Counted from the first letter of the stretch, positions 44,648 to 54,159 are shown. The stretch: DNA of 64,000 nucleotides from Candidatus Woesearchaeota archaeon (GCA_038850615.1 JAWCLR010000002.1:1798-65797), one strand, 5' to 3'. The notes: a model not told the origin generated them from the sequence alone. Numbers and translations are program-made.

Positions 44648-45289
44648 ATGGGCGTAAGCATTATCGTGAGGGGTCCTGAATGGTTTTTTGGGATCGACAG
44701 CCTTTTTGAGGGTTTTGCAGCAATTGCCCTGCTTCTTGTGATATTGTTCAGCTACAAGGCATACAAGCTCACAAAAGACAAGCGTTACAGGACTTTTGGA
44801 ATTGCATTCGGGCTTATGCTGACAGGGATTGTTGCAAGGGCGCTTGCAGACCTTTGCGTTTATGCCAAATTGAGCGTGCATCCGCTTGCGCTTATGATGC
44901 TTTATGCAGGCTATATGGGACTCACGTTGGTGTCAATAATTGTCCTGTTTGCCCTGACCCTGAAGATAAAGCAAAGGGCTCCTATTGTTGCACTGCTTCT
45001 TGTCTCGCTCGTGCTTGTCCTGCTGTCTTCATCTTATAGGCTTTCATTCCACTCGATTTCTGTAATCCTTCTGGCATTCATTGCGTACCATTTCATACGC
45101 AACTATCTCGAGAAGAAGTCATTGAGCGCGCTTCTTGTCTGTATTTCATTTGTTTTGCTTACACTCACGCATGCGGCTTTCATTGTGGACATTGTCAAGC
45201 AGAGGTTTTACATCATAGGGCACCTGCTCCACCTCGTCGCTTTCGGGCTGTTGTTTGTCGCGCTGATAAAGGTGCTTAAGAAAAGATGA
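44648..45289 (+). CDS. polytopic membrane protein (213 aa)
   Basis: Six to seven hydrophobic helices. TTTATAAA box about 22 nt upstream. Confidence 0.75.
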   Translation: MGVSIIVRGPEWFFGIDSLFEGFAAIALLLVILFSYKAYKLTKDKRYRTFGIAFGLMLTGIVARALADLCVYAKLSVHPLALMMLYAGYMGLTLVSIIVLFALTLKIKQRAPIVALLLVSLVLVLLSSSYRLSFHSISVILLAFIAYHFIRNYLEKKSLSALLVCISFVLLTLTHAAFIVDIVKQRFYIIGHLLHLVAFGLLFVALIKVLKKR

Positions 45290-45558
45290 CAGGGCGCAGG
45301 ACTAAAATGGACATAGTGTATGACATGCTCAAGGCAATCCAAGATAAAGGCGGCGCTATTCTTCCCACGCATTTGCTTTACAAGTCCAACCTTTCCCACG
45401 GCAGGCTGAAGCAGTATGTTGAGGAGCTCAAGACAAAGGCTCTTGTTGCAGAGACAGAGCGCAAGGGAAAGACTGTTTTTGTCCTTACAGACCACGGCGC
45501 AAAATTTCTTGCTGATTACAGGCAACTGCGCGAGTTCACGGATGCGTTTGGCTTGTAG
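45286..45558 (+). CDS. winged-helix DNA-binding protein (small)
   Basis: MDIVYDMLKAIQDKGGAILPTHLLYKSNLSHGRLKQYVEELKTKALV is a wHTH-like pattern. ATGA overlap with the upstream gene. Confidence 0.65.
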   Translation: MTGRRTKMDIVYDMLKAIQDKGGAILPTHLLYKSNLSHGRLKQYVEELKTKALVAETERKGKTVFVLTDHGAKFLADYRQLREFTDAFGL

Positions 45559-45572
45559 ATAAATTATTATTT

Positions 45573-46118
45573 ATGCTGTTTTTTCCGCTTCTAATGCGAA
45601 AACAGGTGTTGTTTTGCATAATAACAATTTTATTATACTCCTGCTCCTCACCTGATGGCAACACGACAATGGGTGATTCAATAATGAGGCTCTCAAGCCC
45701 TGCATTTGGCGACAAGCAAATGATTCCTTCTGATTACACTTGTGACGGAGCAGACAGGATTCCGCCTTTGGAAATCTCTGATGTTCCTGCAAATGCAAAA
45801 TCACTAGCTCTTGTTATGGACGACCCTGATGCCCCTATGGGCACGTGGGACCACTGGGTTGTGTGGAACATTCCACCCACGATAAAAAGAATTGATTCAG
45901 AGCCTGAAGGAGTGCCTGGCAAGAACAGTTGGGGTCGCACTGGCTATGGGGGGCCATGCCCGCCGTCAGGAACTCATAGGTATTTTTTCAAGATTTATGC
46001 CCTTGACACGATGCTTGACCTGCCTGCTGGCTCAAACAAGGCTTCATTGTTAAGCGCAATGAGGGGACACATTATTGCAGAGGCCTCATTAATGGGGACT
46101 TATCAAAGGAGGAAATGA
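45573..46118 (+). CDS. YbhB/YbcL (PEBP) family protein with signal/lipobox-like N-terminus
   Basis: LVMDDPDAP...WDHWVVWNIP...GYGGPCPPSGTHRYFFKIYALD. N-terminal hydrophobic stretch ending in LYSC. Confidence 0.9.
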   Translation: MLFFPLLMRKQVLFCIITILLYSCSSPDGNTTMGDSIMRLSSPAFGDKQMIPSDYTCDGADRIPPLEISDVPANAKSLALVMDDPDAPMGTWDHWVVWNIPPTIKRIDSEPEGVPGKNSWGRTGYGGPCPPSGTHRYFFKIYALDTMLDLPAGSNKASLLSAMRGHIIAEASLMGTYQRRK

Positions 46119-46121
46119 AAC

Positions 46122-46304
46122 ATGCCAACCATGACAGAATCAGAAACAGGAATTGCGATTGTGAGGAATTTTCTCACTGCTGCACTTTTGAAGGCAAAGG
46201 ATTTTGAGCGGCAGCCAAACATTGCCAACAAGGACGAATTGCTGAAAACAATCAGTGCAGCCCTAGCAGCAGCAAAACAGCTCAAGATTCCGCCGCCTGT
46301 TTAA
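46122..46304 (+). CDS. small hypothetical protein (60 aa)
   Basis: AGGAGG lies 8 nt upstream of the ATG. Confidence 0.55.
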   Translation: MPTMTESETGIAIVRNFLTAALLKAKDFERQPNIANKDELLKTISAALAAAKQLKIPPPV

Positions 46305-46328
46305 TTTCAACATTTATTTTGCTTTGGC

Positions 46329-46733
46329 TTATACAGCATTGAATCCCATATTCCTTAATGCCTGCTTCCACATCAGGCCGACCTTCATTAGGTCGTTTGA
46401 GAACTTCGTGCTTATCTTGTATGTTTTCTTGTAGAGGTCATAGTCTATGAGGCCCATTGCCTTCATTGGCGTAAGGATTCTGTCATAGAACTGCCTCTTG
46501 TTGTAAGAGAGCTTTACGCGCTTGCCCTTGTACGGCGCCTCCTCAAGCACGCATTCGTACTTGCCATCGTGCAGTTGCGTGGCAAAAATGCTCATTTCTG
46601 TCTTGGTGATCTCGCCATTGTTGCCTATGATGTATTTGACAAGCTCTTTTGCCACAATCTTCTGCTGGTTCGTAGAAAAGATGACGTCGAAGACGTCTTC
46701 GGGCAAATTGAACCGGTCAAATAGGATTACCAT
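46329..46733 (-). CDS. hypothetical protein (134 aa), divergent from ftsZ
   Basis: ATG ORF with protein-like composition. No motif recognised. Confidence 0.65.
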   Translation of the reverse strand: MVILFDRFNLPEDVFDVIFSTNQQKIVAKELVKYIIGNNGEITKTEMSIFATQLHDGKYECVLEEAPYKGKRVKLSYNKRQFYDRILTPMKAMGLIDYDLYKKTYKISTKFSNDLMKVGLMWKQALRNMGFNAV

Positions 46734-46904
46734 ACTCCACCTGCTTCTTCCACCACACCCCTACTGTATTGTGATAACGCGAGTGCACTTACTATATAAA
46801 TGTTACGATTTCCGATACTGGAATACATAAATTTGCTTTTAAACCTTAAAAGGAAACATTTATATACAAGTAGGATATTAGTATACAAAAATATGACATT
46901 TGTG

Positions 46905-46929
46905 ATACCGTACCTCGACGATACGGTAT
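46905..46929. promoter_or_regulatory. perfect 8-bp inverted repeat upstream of ftsZ
   Basis: ATACCGTA-(9 nt)-TACGGTAT in the 319-nt AT-rich spacer, about 125 nt upstream of the ftsZ ATG. Confidence 0.35.
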
Positions 46930-47052
46930 AGAGGCAGTGACGCTCAAAAAGGAAGGCTCTCCACTGTTTCTTCACAACCACCCCCAAACCCACAATGGAG
47001 AGTCCTTCTTTTTTCATGCTCACACAAAGACAAAAAAAGGAGGAGAGGGAAT

Positions 47053-48120
47053 ATGGATTTGCTCGTCAAGAGTGCATTGGCGCAGGAACCTATCAGCAAG
47101 GAGGTTGCCGACTTTGGTCAGGCAAGCATAAAGGTCATTGGAGTGGGAGGGGCTGGCAACAACATGGTCAGCTGGCTCTACAAGAAGGGAATCAAGGGTG
47201 CAGAAGTGCTTGCAGTAAACACAGACAAGCAACACCTTGACATTACAGAGGCTGACAAGAAATTCATAATTGGCAGGGATGTGACAAGAGGTCTTGGATG
47301 TGGCGGTTACCCCCAAAAGGGTGCAGAGGCAGCGCAGGAAAGCATGCTCCAGTTAAAGGAGACCCTGCGGGGAGCAGACATGGTTTTTGTCTGCGCAGGG
47401 ATGGGAGGAGGAACGGGTACAGGAGCAGCGCCGATTGTGGCACAGGTCGCGAAAGAAATGGGTTCAATTGTAATCGGCACAGTGACCATGCCATTCAACA
47501 TTGAGAGGGCAAGGATTGACAAGGCAGAATTCGGATTGCAGCAATTGAGAAACGTGAGTGACACTGTTGTCGTTATAGACAACAACAGGCTGGTTCAGAT
47601 CGCAGGAAACCTGCCAGTGCAGCAGGCATTTGCGGTCGCTAATGAGCTTATTTCAACTATGATTAAGGGCATTGTGGAAACAATAGCAATACCCAGCCTG
47701 GTTAACCTGGACTACGCGGATGTTAAGGCAATAATGACAAACGGAGGAGTTGCCGCAATAGGAGTGGGCAGCTCCGACACAAACAACAGGGTTGAGGAGG
47801 CAGTGCGTGGCGCGCTCTCAAACCCCCTCCTTGACATCAGTTACAAGGGAGCAACAGGCGCCCTCATTCACGTGGTTGGCGGTCCTGACATGACCCTTGA
47901 CGAAATCAACCGTGTCGGAGAGCTTGTCACAGAAACAATGGATGAGGACGCGAATGTCATCTGGGGAGCAAGGGTGCAGGATGACATGAAGGGCAAGATA
48001 ATGGTGATGACAATAATCACCGGCGTCACCTCGCCGTGGATACTGGGCAAGCCGACCGCAAAGGACGTGGCTGCCAAGGCCCAGCGCCTGCACGACGACC
48101 TTGGAATAGAAACAATTTGA
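47053..48120 (+). CDS. ftsZ: cell division protein FtsZ
   Basis: GVGGAGNNMV and the tubulin signature GMGGGTGTGAAPIVA. GGAGG Shine-Dalgarno sequence upstream. Confidence 0.95.
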   Translation: MDLLVKSALAQEPISKEVADFGQASIKVIGVGGAGNNMVSWLYKKGIKGAEVLAVNTDKQHLDITEADKKFIIGRDVTRGLGCGGYPQKGAEAAQESMLQLKETLRGADMVFVCAGMGGGTGTGAAPIVAQVAKEMGSIVIGTVTMPFNIERARIDKAEFGLQQLRNVSDTVVVIDNNRLVQIAGNLPVQQAFAVANELISTMIKGIVETIAIPSLVNLDYADVKAIMTNGGVAAIGVGSSDTNNRVEEAVRGALSNPLLDISYKGATGALIHVVGGPDMTLDEINRVGELVTETMDEDANVIWGARVQDDMKGKIMVMTIITGVTSPWILGKPTAKDVAAKAQRLHDDLGIETI

Positions 48121-48165
48121 TTTTGTCTTTCAATCACCAAATAGGTTTACCTATCGGAGGCGATT

Positions 48166-48615
48166 ATGGCTGAAAAACCAGTGGTTGCTTATGCCGCAGA
48201 TGAAGCGACAATCAAGGATCTTATGCAAAGGATAATTGAAAAGGCGGCAAAAGACCAAAAACCGTTGAGCTTCATTGTGGCAACAGCAGAACACCCGCTT
48301 CAGGAGTTGAATCTTGGAAAGGTCATCAGGAATTTTCTTGCTGAGGACAACGGCAGGCAGGAAAAGGACTGGGTGATAAGGCAGGCTCCTGAAAGGAGGT
48401 ATTTTGTGGCAGTCTATGCCGACGGCAATTATTTGAAGGGCTTTACGGAGCGGCTTGACCATTCATTAAATGCAGCAGGCATAAGGGCGTATACTTCCAT
48501 ACTGAGCGTGGAGGTTCAGAAACGCATGCCGGCGGATATTGCAGAAGAGGTTTATTCTGGGTTGTGTGCTGGCGCTTCCAAGCCTTCTGGAGATGTTGTT
48601 TTCACTGAAGTTTAA
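48166..48615 (+). CDS. hypothetical protein (149 aa) downstream of ftsZ
   Basis: ATG ORF 45 nt after ftsZ with GGAGG upstream. No motif recognised. Confidence 0.65.
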   Translation: MAEKPVVAYAADEATIKDLMQRIIEKAAKDQKPLSFIVATAEHPLQELNLGKVIRNFLAEDNGRQEKDWVIRQAPERRYFVAVYADGNYLKGFTERLDHSLNAAGIRAYTSILSVEVQKRMPADIAEEVYSGLCAGASKPSGDVVFTEV

Positions 48616-49772
48616 GCGGAAAGGCTGTTCTCAACGAGCTTTTCAACGCGCTGAAGGTCTGCCTGAGTGACTTTGTCCCGTAATTCCATCCGTGCAGATG
48701 CCTTTGCAAGGTTCATGAGTCCGACAACTATTCTTGGCGATATTTCAGAAACGTAGCGCTTTTCGTTTGCCTTTAGTTTTTCTGCAAATGCAACCACTTC
48801 GTCCTCAAGCGCCTTGTCAAAGTTGACCTTTATTTTGCTGGCGTGCTTAACATATGCTTTTACGAAGTCAATGTCTGCTTGGGCAACGCTTTTCTTTTCT
48901 CCCCTGACTATTTTTCTGCTTATTTCAGAGAATTGCCTGATGTCTGGCTTTCTGATTATGAACATTAAATGAAACCTTGTCAGCAATGCGGAATCAAAGG
49001 GCAATTGCTTCTTAAAGCCCTTTATGTCATCGCCTATGAACTTGTCTCCTCGCGGGTTTGCCGTTGCTATCACGTTGATTCTTGCGTCAAACCTTGCGTG
49101 AGTTCCGCCCTTGCTGTACGTGACAAAGCCTTTTTCCATTGCGTTGTACAGTCCTGCCCTGTTTTCGTCCTTCATGAGGTTGAGCTCGTCTATTGCGCAC
49201 AGGCCTCCGTCTGCCATTGGAAGCAGTCCCTTTAGTATTTCCTTGCCTTTTACTGTTGCCACAAGTCCTACTCCGCTTGTGCCTGATCCAAGGCCGAAGG
49301 CGCTGATTGGCGCAAGCTGTGACGCGCTCCTAAGAATGTCTGTTTTTCCAGTTCCAGGATCGCCTATTAGGAGTATGTGCACTGGTTCTGTTGCAAACAA
49401 CTGGAGAGCTGCCGCCCTCTTGATGTCGTCCATGCCCATTATGTTTGGCGCGATAATGGTTGGAAGCATTTCGTATGCTTCTTTTGCAAAGTCCTGGAAC
49501 AGCCTTTGCATTACTGCTTGCTTGATTTTCTTGTTTGTTTCTTCTTCAAAATCCTTGAGCAAGGGGTCCTTGGCGATTATTTGGGGTATTTCAGGGTTCA
49601 TTGTGATTGTTGTGCCGAGCTTTGTTACTGTGAAATCAATCTTGAACTGCTTCTTGTATTTTGAGACCTCTTTTGAGTCCTTGTAAGGAAGCATTTCTTC
49701 TATTTGGTTCACGAGCTTTTTTTCCTTTCCCACGAGCGGCCTTGCCCTCAAAAACAGGTTTCCTAGACCCAT
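48612..49772 (-). CDS. MCM-family AAA+ ATPase, short form (386 aa)
   Basis: Walker A is LLIGDPGTGKT and Walker B is CAIDELNLM. YNAMEKGFVTYSKGG...RINVIATANP and LLTRFHLMFII match the MCM sensor and arginine-finger regions. Only ~130 aa precede the ATPase core. Confidence 0.85.
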   Translation of the reverse strand: MGLGNLFLRARPLVGKEKKLVNQIEEMLPYKDSKEVSKYKKQFKIDFTVTKLGTTITMNPEIPQIIAKDPLLKDFEEETNKKIKQAVMQRLFQDFAKEAYEMLPTIIAPNIMGMDDIKRAAALQLFATEPVHILLIGDPGTGKTDILRSASQLAPISAFGLGSGTSGVGLVATVKGKEILKGLLPMADGGLCAIDELNLMKDENRAGLYNAMEKGFVTYSKGGTHARFDARINVIATANPRGDKFIGDDIKGFKKQLPFDSALLTRFHLMFIIRKPDIRQFSEISRKIVRGEKKSVAQADIDFVKAYVKHASKIKVNFDKALEDEVVAFAEKLKANEKRYVSEISPRIVVGLMNLAKASARMELRDKVTQADLQRVEKLVENSLSA

Positions 49773-49830
49773 GCCTACTATGAACAGTTCATTGCTTTAT
49801 AAAACTTATACAAAATTTATTATGCTTAGA

Positions 49831-49965
49831 ATGCATAATATGAATGGGATGGTTGAGCGATGTTGCATGTGCGGAAATGAGGCCTATGTGCTTATGGACG
49901 GGCGCTGGATGTGCAAGGAGCACTACAACCTTGAGGTTGCAATGTCTCCTGACGCAAGCGGCTAA
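49831..49965 (+). CDS. small Cys/His protein (44 aa)
   Basis: ORF 49771..49965 would overlap the divergent MCM-like start. ATG 49831 lies ~25 nt downstream of TTTATAAA. Contains CCMCG...CKEH. Confidence 0.35.
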   Translation: MHNMNGMVERCCMCGNEAYVLMDGRWMCKEHYNLEVAMSPDASG

Positions 49966-51242
49966 ATATCAGAAATCCTCTTTTTTTCCTCTTTGCCCGT
50001 TTTCATGTCTTTTATTGTGAATTTATTTGACTTTAATTCTTCAGGACCGACTACAAGGACTTTTTTTGCGCCTATGCTGTTTGCGTACTCGAACTGCTTG
50101 CTTATCTTTCGCCTCATAAGGTCGATATCAACGGAGTGTTTCTGCCTCAGTTGGCGCGCTATTTTGAGCGCTTCCGGTATCATTTCCTCGTTTACAGGCG
50201 CTATGAAAAATTCAGGTCCGATGGCTGGCTTTGGGAACAGATTTTTGTGCTGCAATAGGAGCGAGAGCGTTGAGTAGCCGATTGCAAATCCTGTTGCAGG
50301 GCAGGGTTCTCCGCCGAACAACTGCACGAGCTGGTCATATCTTCCCCCGCCTCCAAGAGCCCTGAACAATCCTTCGCTGTCAAACGCTTCAAATACTGCC
50401 CCTGTGTAGTATGCGAGCCCGCGCGCTACTGAGAGGTCAATCTTGATATTTTCGTGGTTTACAAGCTTTAGCACTGCCTTCAAGTTGTTCCAGCCGTGCT
50501 GCGCTGTTGTGTTAAGCGTGAGGTGGTTTTTTATTTTATTTTCGACTTCTGCAGGAGTGCCGTTGATTTCTGTTGCGTGTCTTATGCGTTCTGCCTTTGG
50601 CTGGCTGATTCCTGCTTGCGCCATTTCCTCAAAATATTGCTTTTCCTCAAGTTTTGAGCTCTTGTCGATTATGCGCATTGCAACTTCCATTTTTTGCTTT
50701 GGCACAATGTCTTCAAGTATTCCTGTGAGGAGCTGCCTGTGGTTTATTTTGAGGGCGAAGTCTTTCGGCTTTAGTCTTGTTGAGAGCAGGCAGTCGATGA
50801 ATAAATTGATTATTTCCGCGTCTGCCTCTGGCTTGTCGCTGCCATACTGCTCAACGCTTATCTGGAAGAATTCGCGCTCCCTTCCTTTTTGCGGCGCTTC
50901 ATACCGCCACATTCTATCAATGGAATACCACTTTACTGGCTTGGGGGTTTGCCTTTGTGTTGCAACAAACATCCTTGCCATTCCTGGCGTGAGCTCTGGC
51001 TTGAGGCTTAGCTCTTCTGCACCGCGCTTTTCAAGCATGAAAATTTGGCTTTTTACTTCCTCTCCTGATTTTGCTGACAACAGCCTGAATGTTTCTATGC
51101 TTGGTGTCAGCACAGGCAGGAAGCCATAGCTGTCGCACACCTTTGCCATTTTTCCCATTATTTCCTGGTGTGCGTAATAATCATTAGGATAGAAGTCATT
51201 CGTGCCCTTGACTCTCTGAAACATGTGGCTTAAGGACACCAA
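49962..51242 (-). CDS. hisS: histidine--tRNA ligase
   Basis: KGTNDFYP, RYEAPQKGREREFFQ and GGGRYD are class IIa HisRS motifs. Confidence 0.95.
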   Translation of the reverse strand: MVSLSHMFQRVKGTNDFYPNDYYAHQEIMGKMAKVCDSYGFLPVLTPSIETFRLLSAKSGEEVKSQIFMLEKRGAEELSLKPELTPGMARMFVATQRQTPKPVKWYSIDRMWRYEAPQKGREREFFQISVEQYGSDKPEADAEIINLFIDCLLSTRLKPKDFALKINHRQLLTGILEDIVPKQKMEVAMRIIDKSSKLEEKQYFEEMAQAGISQPKAERIRHATEINGTPAEVENKIKNHLTLNTTAQHGWNNLKAVLKLVNHENIKIDLSVARGLAYYTGAVFEAFDSEGLFRALGGGGRYDQLVQLFGGEPCPATGFAIGYSTLSLLLQHKNLFPKPAIGPEFFIAPVNEEMIPEALKIARQLRQKHSVDIDLMRRKISKQFEYANSIGAKKVLVVGPEELKSNKFTIKDMKTGKEEKKRISDI

Positions 51243-51285
51243 ACGCTATAAAAATGTTTCTCCTGCACCCCTGCCAAATGGTTGT

Positions 51286-51747
51286 TTACTTTGAAGCCAG
51301 GTGCTTGTAAAGGCTTTCCCTGATTTCCTTGTATTGCGCCATCAGCTTTTTGTAGTTGTTCGCCTTCAGCGATCTTATGAATTGCGATGATTCGCCATCC
51401 ACTTTCTGCAATGATACGGAATATAATTGCGGGTTTGCAAGAACGCTTGCATACAGCCTTATTTCCCTTCTTGTTGCCAAATTCTTTGCTGAAATGCAGA
51501 GTTCATACGGCGGTGTTCTCAGCTGTGCAACTCCGATGTTGCTTCCTGCTGCTTTGTTGACAGCCTCCTTAAATGCCTTTGCATATAGCAGCTGCTCGTA
51601 GGAGCGAGGTTGTGCCCATATTGCCCCAAACCTGAGCTTGCAGTCCTTGCCTGTAATATATGGGCTAAGTATTGATCTTTCTCCATCATTTATTGCTTGA
51701 ATGCGCCTTCTTGGCGCTAACTGCATTGCGATTTCGTCAATACTCAT
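51286..51747 (-). CDS. hypothetical protein (153 aa)
   Basis: ORF 51286..51858. ATG 51747 (MSIDEIAMQLAP) is preferred because the upstream extension is hydrophobic junk that runs over the promoter region. Confidence 0.55.
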   Translation of the reverse strand: MSIDEIAMQLAPRRRIQAINDGERSILSPYITGKDCKLRFGAIWAQPRSYEQLLYAKAFKEAVNKAAGSNIGVAQLRTPPYELCISAKNLATRREIRLYASVLANPQLYSVSLQKVDGESSQFIRSLKANNYKKLMAQYKEIRESLYKHLASK

Positions 51748-51906
51748 CAAAATCAGTCCTCCCTCACAACCGAGAATCCAGAGAGAAAAGGCACTAATTC
51801 TTAAACCTTTGCTTTTTATATAAATTATATAGTATTTTGTTGGTGGTGAAACCAACAAAACACCGAATGTTTTATAAGCCTAATTGTGGCGTTAACGTTT
51901 ATTGTT

Positions 51907-52023
51907 GGGGCTGTAGTCTAGCTTGGTAGGACACACCCTTGGGGTCCCTTTGGTGTCAGGCATCCTGCCTTTGGCGTCAGGGCGAATCTGGGTGTAGCCC
52001 GGGTTCAAATCCTGGCAGCCCCA
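51907..52023 (+). tRNA. tRNA-Pro (anticodon GGG) with 44-nt intron at 37/38
   Basis: Acceptor GGGGCTG/CAGCCCC. D-arm GTCT-AGCTTGGTA-GGAC. Anticodon stem CACCC...GGGTG, interrupted after TTGGGG (intron 51945-51988). T-loop TTCAAAT. TTTTATAAG about 30 nt upstream. Confidence 0.85.
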
Positions 52024-52094
52024 TTTGGTTTAATTAATCATGAGTTTATGGGAATAACGGGTGCGTACCGCGTCGGCATGCTGATTCCTGAAGT

Positions 52095-52691
52095 TTATTT
52101 CTTCTTGTTCCTGCCGCGTGATTCCACTGTTTCAAGGCGCTTAAGAACTTCTTGCCAGTTGGGATTTCCTTCTTTGTAGCCTTCTAGGACTGCAGAAATG
52201 CATTCATCGTAAATGTCGTGGTGTTTTGACTGAAGGGCTTGGTCAAGCAAGTGCAGGTCTACTGCTTTGTCCTCTGCTTTGCGCGAGACAAAGCTAAGCC
52301 CGAAGTCAATGAAGTGCACTTCGCCATTGCAGTGTATCATGTTTGAGGTTGTCAAGTCAGAGTGGATTATGTTGTTGGCGTGCAGTATCCCGATTTTCCT
52401 GCCGATTTCCTTGCTGAACTTAGACGGCTTTGTGTGCAAAATTTCCTTGAGCATTGGTCCTTCAACGAAGTCCATTATTATGTTCATGTTTTTGTCATCT
52501 ATTTTTTGAAGTCTTGGGGCTGGAAATTTGAGCTCTTCAAGCTTTTTCAGGATGTTTGCCTCCCTTCTTGTCCTTGTTGTCCTCAGTTTTTCATCTATTT
52601 CAGGAACGCGGTAATCCTTTGCTATTCGCTCCTTGATGACTTTGTTTTCCTGTTTTCGCAGTATTGCTTCTGCCCCTTGTCCTATAATCAT
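52095..52691 (-). CDS. bud32: Bud32/PRPK (Kae1-associated) serine/threonine kinase
   Basis: IIGQGAEAIL, TRTRREANILKKL, IIHSDLTTSNMI and FIDFGLS. ~200 aa, which is the small RIO-like Bud32 size. Confidence 0.9.
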   Translation of the reverse strand: MIIGQGAEAILRKQENKVIKERIAKDYRVPEIDEKLRTTRTRREANILKKLEELKFPAPRLQKIDDKNMNIIMDFVEGPMLKEILHTKPSKFSKEIGRKIGILHANNIIHSDLTTSNMIHCNGEVHFIDFGLSFVSRKAEDKAVDLHLLDQALQSKHHDIYDECISAVLEGYKEGNPNWQEVLKRLETVESRGRNKKK

Positions 52692-52736
52692 GATTCATCC
52701 GACTGCTTTTGCATTTAAAAAGGTAATGAGAATTAT

Positions 52737-53441
52737 TTATTGTGGCACTGCTTCTGTGCTCTTTTGCTCTTCTGCAAGATGTTGTGTTGGTTGTTCTTGT
52801 GTGGGCTCTTTTTTCTCTGCCTGCTTTGGCAGCGATGGCGCGGAAATGATGTTTTTCAGCCTTTTTTCGCTTGTCTCTATGTGCACGGCCCTTAGCTCGC
52901 ATGCCTGCAACGGGTATATTTTGCGGAGGGCGTCCTGCAGTTGGCGCTGGAATTTGTGGGCAACAAGGTCCTTTATGAAGTCCACAAAGCTCATTGATGC
53001 AACAGACTTGGCGACAAATGTGCGCATCTTGCTCCTTAGATCTTTGAGCACGCTGCTTTTTGTCTTCCCGCGCGTTATCATTGTTGGCTTGACGCGCACA
53101 ACGACGCCGTCCTTTGTTTTCACGCAGAATGAGTCGTCAATCCTTTCTCTTGCGCGCCTCATCATCTTGCGCACTGCTGCAGGTATGATTGAGTAGCCGA
53201 CTATCTTTGTAAGCAGCTGGTTGTTTTCCTTCTTTATAACATCAAAGCTGATGTGGACATTCTGCTTTTGCGGGTCGCCTGTGAGGACCGTCAGGCTTAC
53301 AGTGACCCTCCTTCCAGCAGGGTCTGCGTCCTCTGCCAGGTACATTTCGCCAATTATTTGGTTGTTGAAGAGCCCCGGCGCAATTATGGGCAGCCAGACT
53401 TTCTTCTTGACAATCACTGTTGCTTTTGATTGTTTTGCCAT
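52737..53441 (-). CDS. rps3ae: 30S ribosomal protein S3Ae (eS1)
   Basis: KKKVWLPIIAPGLFNNQIIGEMYLAEDADPAGRRVTVSLTVLTGD is typical of S3Ae. It also carries a Glu/Gln-rich C-terminal tail. Confidence 0.9.
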   Translation of the reverse strand: MAKQSKATVIVKKKVWLPIIAPGLFNNQIIGEMYLAEDADPAGRRVTVSLTVLTGDPQKQNVHISFDVIKKENNQLLTKIVGYSIIPAAVRKMMRRARERIDDSFCVKTKDGVVVRVKPTMITRGKTKSSVLKDLRSKMRTFVAKSVASMSFVDFIKDLVAHKFQRQLQDALRKIYPLQACELRAVHIETSEKRLKNIISAPSLPKQAEKKEPTQEQPTQHLAEEQKSTEAVPQ

Positions 53442-53637
53442 TTGCAGACGGAAAATCAGGGAAGGGGTTTATAAAAGTTGTGGAAATCCGCAATATGCAA
53501 GCGCATGTTTAAAAATAGCATTGCAATCTAATACGTTATGATTGAGTATGACGTCCTTTTGCATAAACTAATCAGTTCTGAGGCGAGAATGCATTATTTC
53601 AAAGAGAGCGGTTTTGCGTGTGCCTTAAAAAAAGGAG

Positions 53638-53964
53638 ATGGAAATTTATGCAAGATACAAGTCAATGCTTGAAACTCATCCTTTCCGTTTGCAAAGAGCA
53701 GACGAATTAGAGACGATTCTAAAAATTATTGATGAAGAGCTTGCAAGAAAGGATTCCCTTCCATGTTGCACGTCCTGCGTGAACAACAATGAGGATGCAG
53801 TTGTTGTTGCTTTTGGAAAGAAGTGGGTTGCAAGGAATTATTCCTCTCTTGCCGGAAAGGCTAAAAAGTCAAAAGACTTGAATGAATTTTTAGGCAATCT
53901 TTCACAAAAAGGACGCGATTGTTTGCAGAGGGCTTTGCGTGATTCTAATCCTGTAATCTGCTAG
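53638..53964 (+). CDS. hypothetical protein (108 aa)
   Basis: ATG ORF. No motif recognised. Confidence 0.5.
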   Translation: MEIYARYKSMLETHPFRLQRADELETILKIIDEELARKDSLPCCTSCVNNNEDAVVVAFGKKWVARNYSSLAGKAKKSKDLNEFLGNLSQKGRDCLQRALRDSNPVIC

Positions 53965-53967
53965 AAA

Positions 53968-54156
53968 GTGGGTCTTAGGTATAATGATGCGCCGCTTTAT
54001 ATTTGTCCTCGCTTTAAAAATCACCCTTATGACGCATCAATTGGGATATTTGATGAAGTTCAAAAACGCGATAGAAGGATTCTTGCAGGGATGAGGAAAA
54101 AATATGTTGAAGAACTTGAGAAATTGGTGGGAAACCCGCCTTCCAGAAGAATCTGA
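53968..54156 (+). CDS. hypothetical protein (62 aa)
   Basis: Starts 3 nt after the previous stop. No motif recognised. Confidence 0.4.
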   Translation: MGLRYNDAPLYICPRFKNHPYDASIGIFDEVQKRDRRILAGMRKKYVEELEKLVGNPPSRRI

Positions 54157-54159
54157 TAA

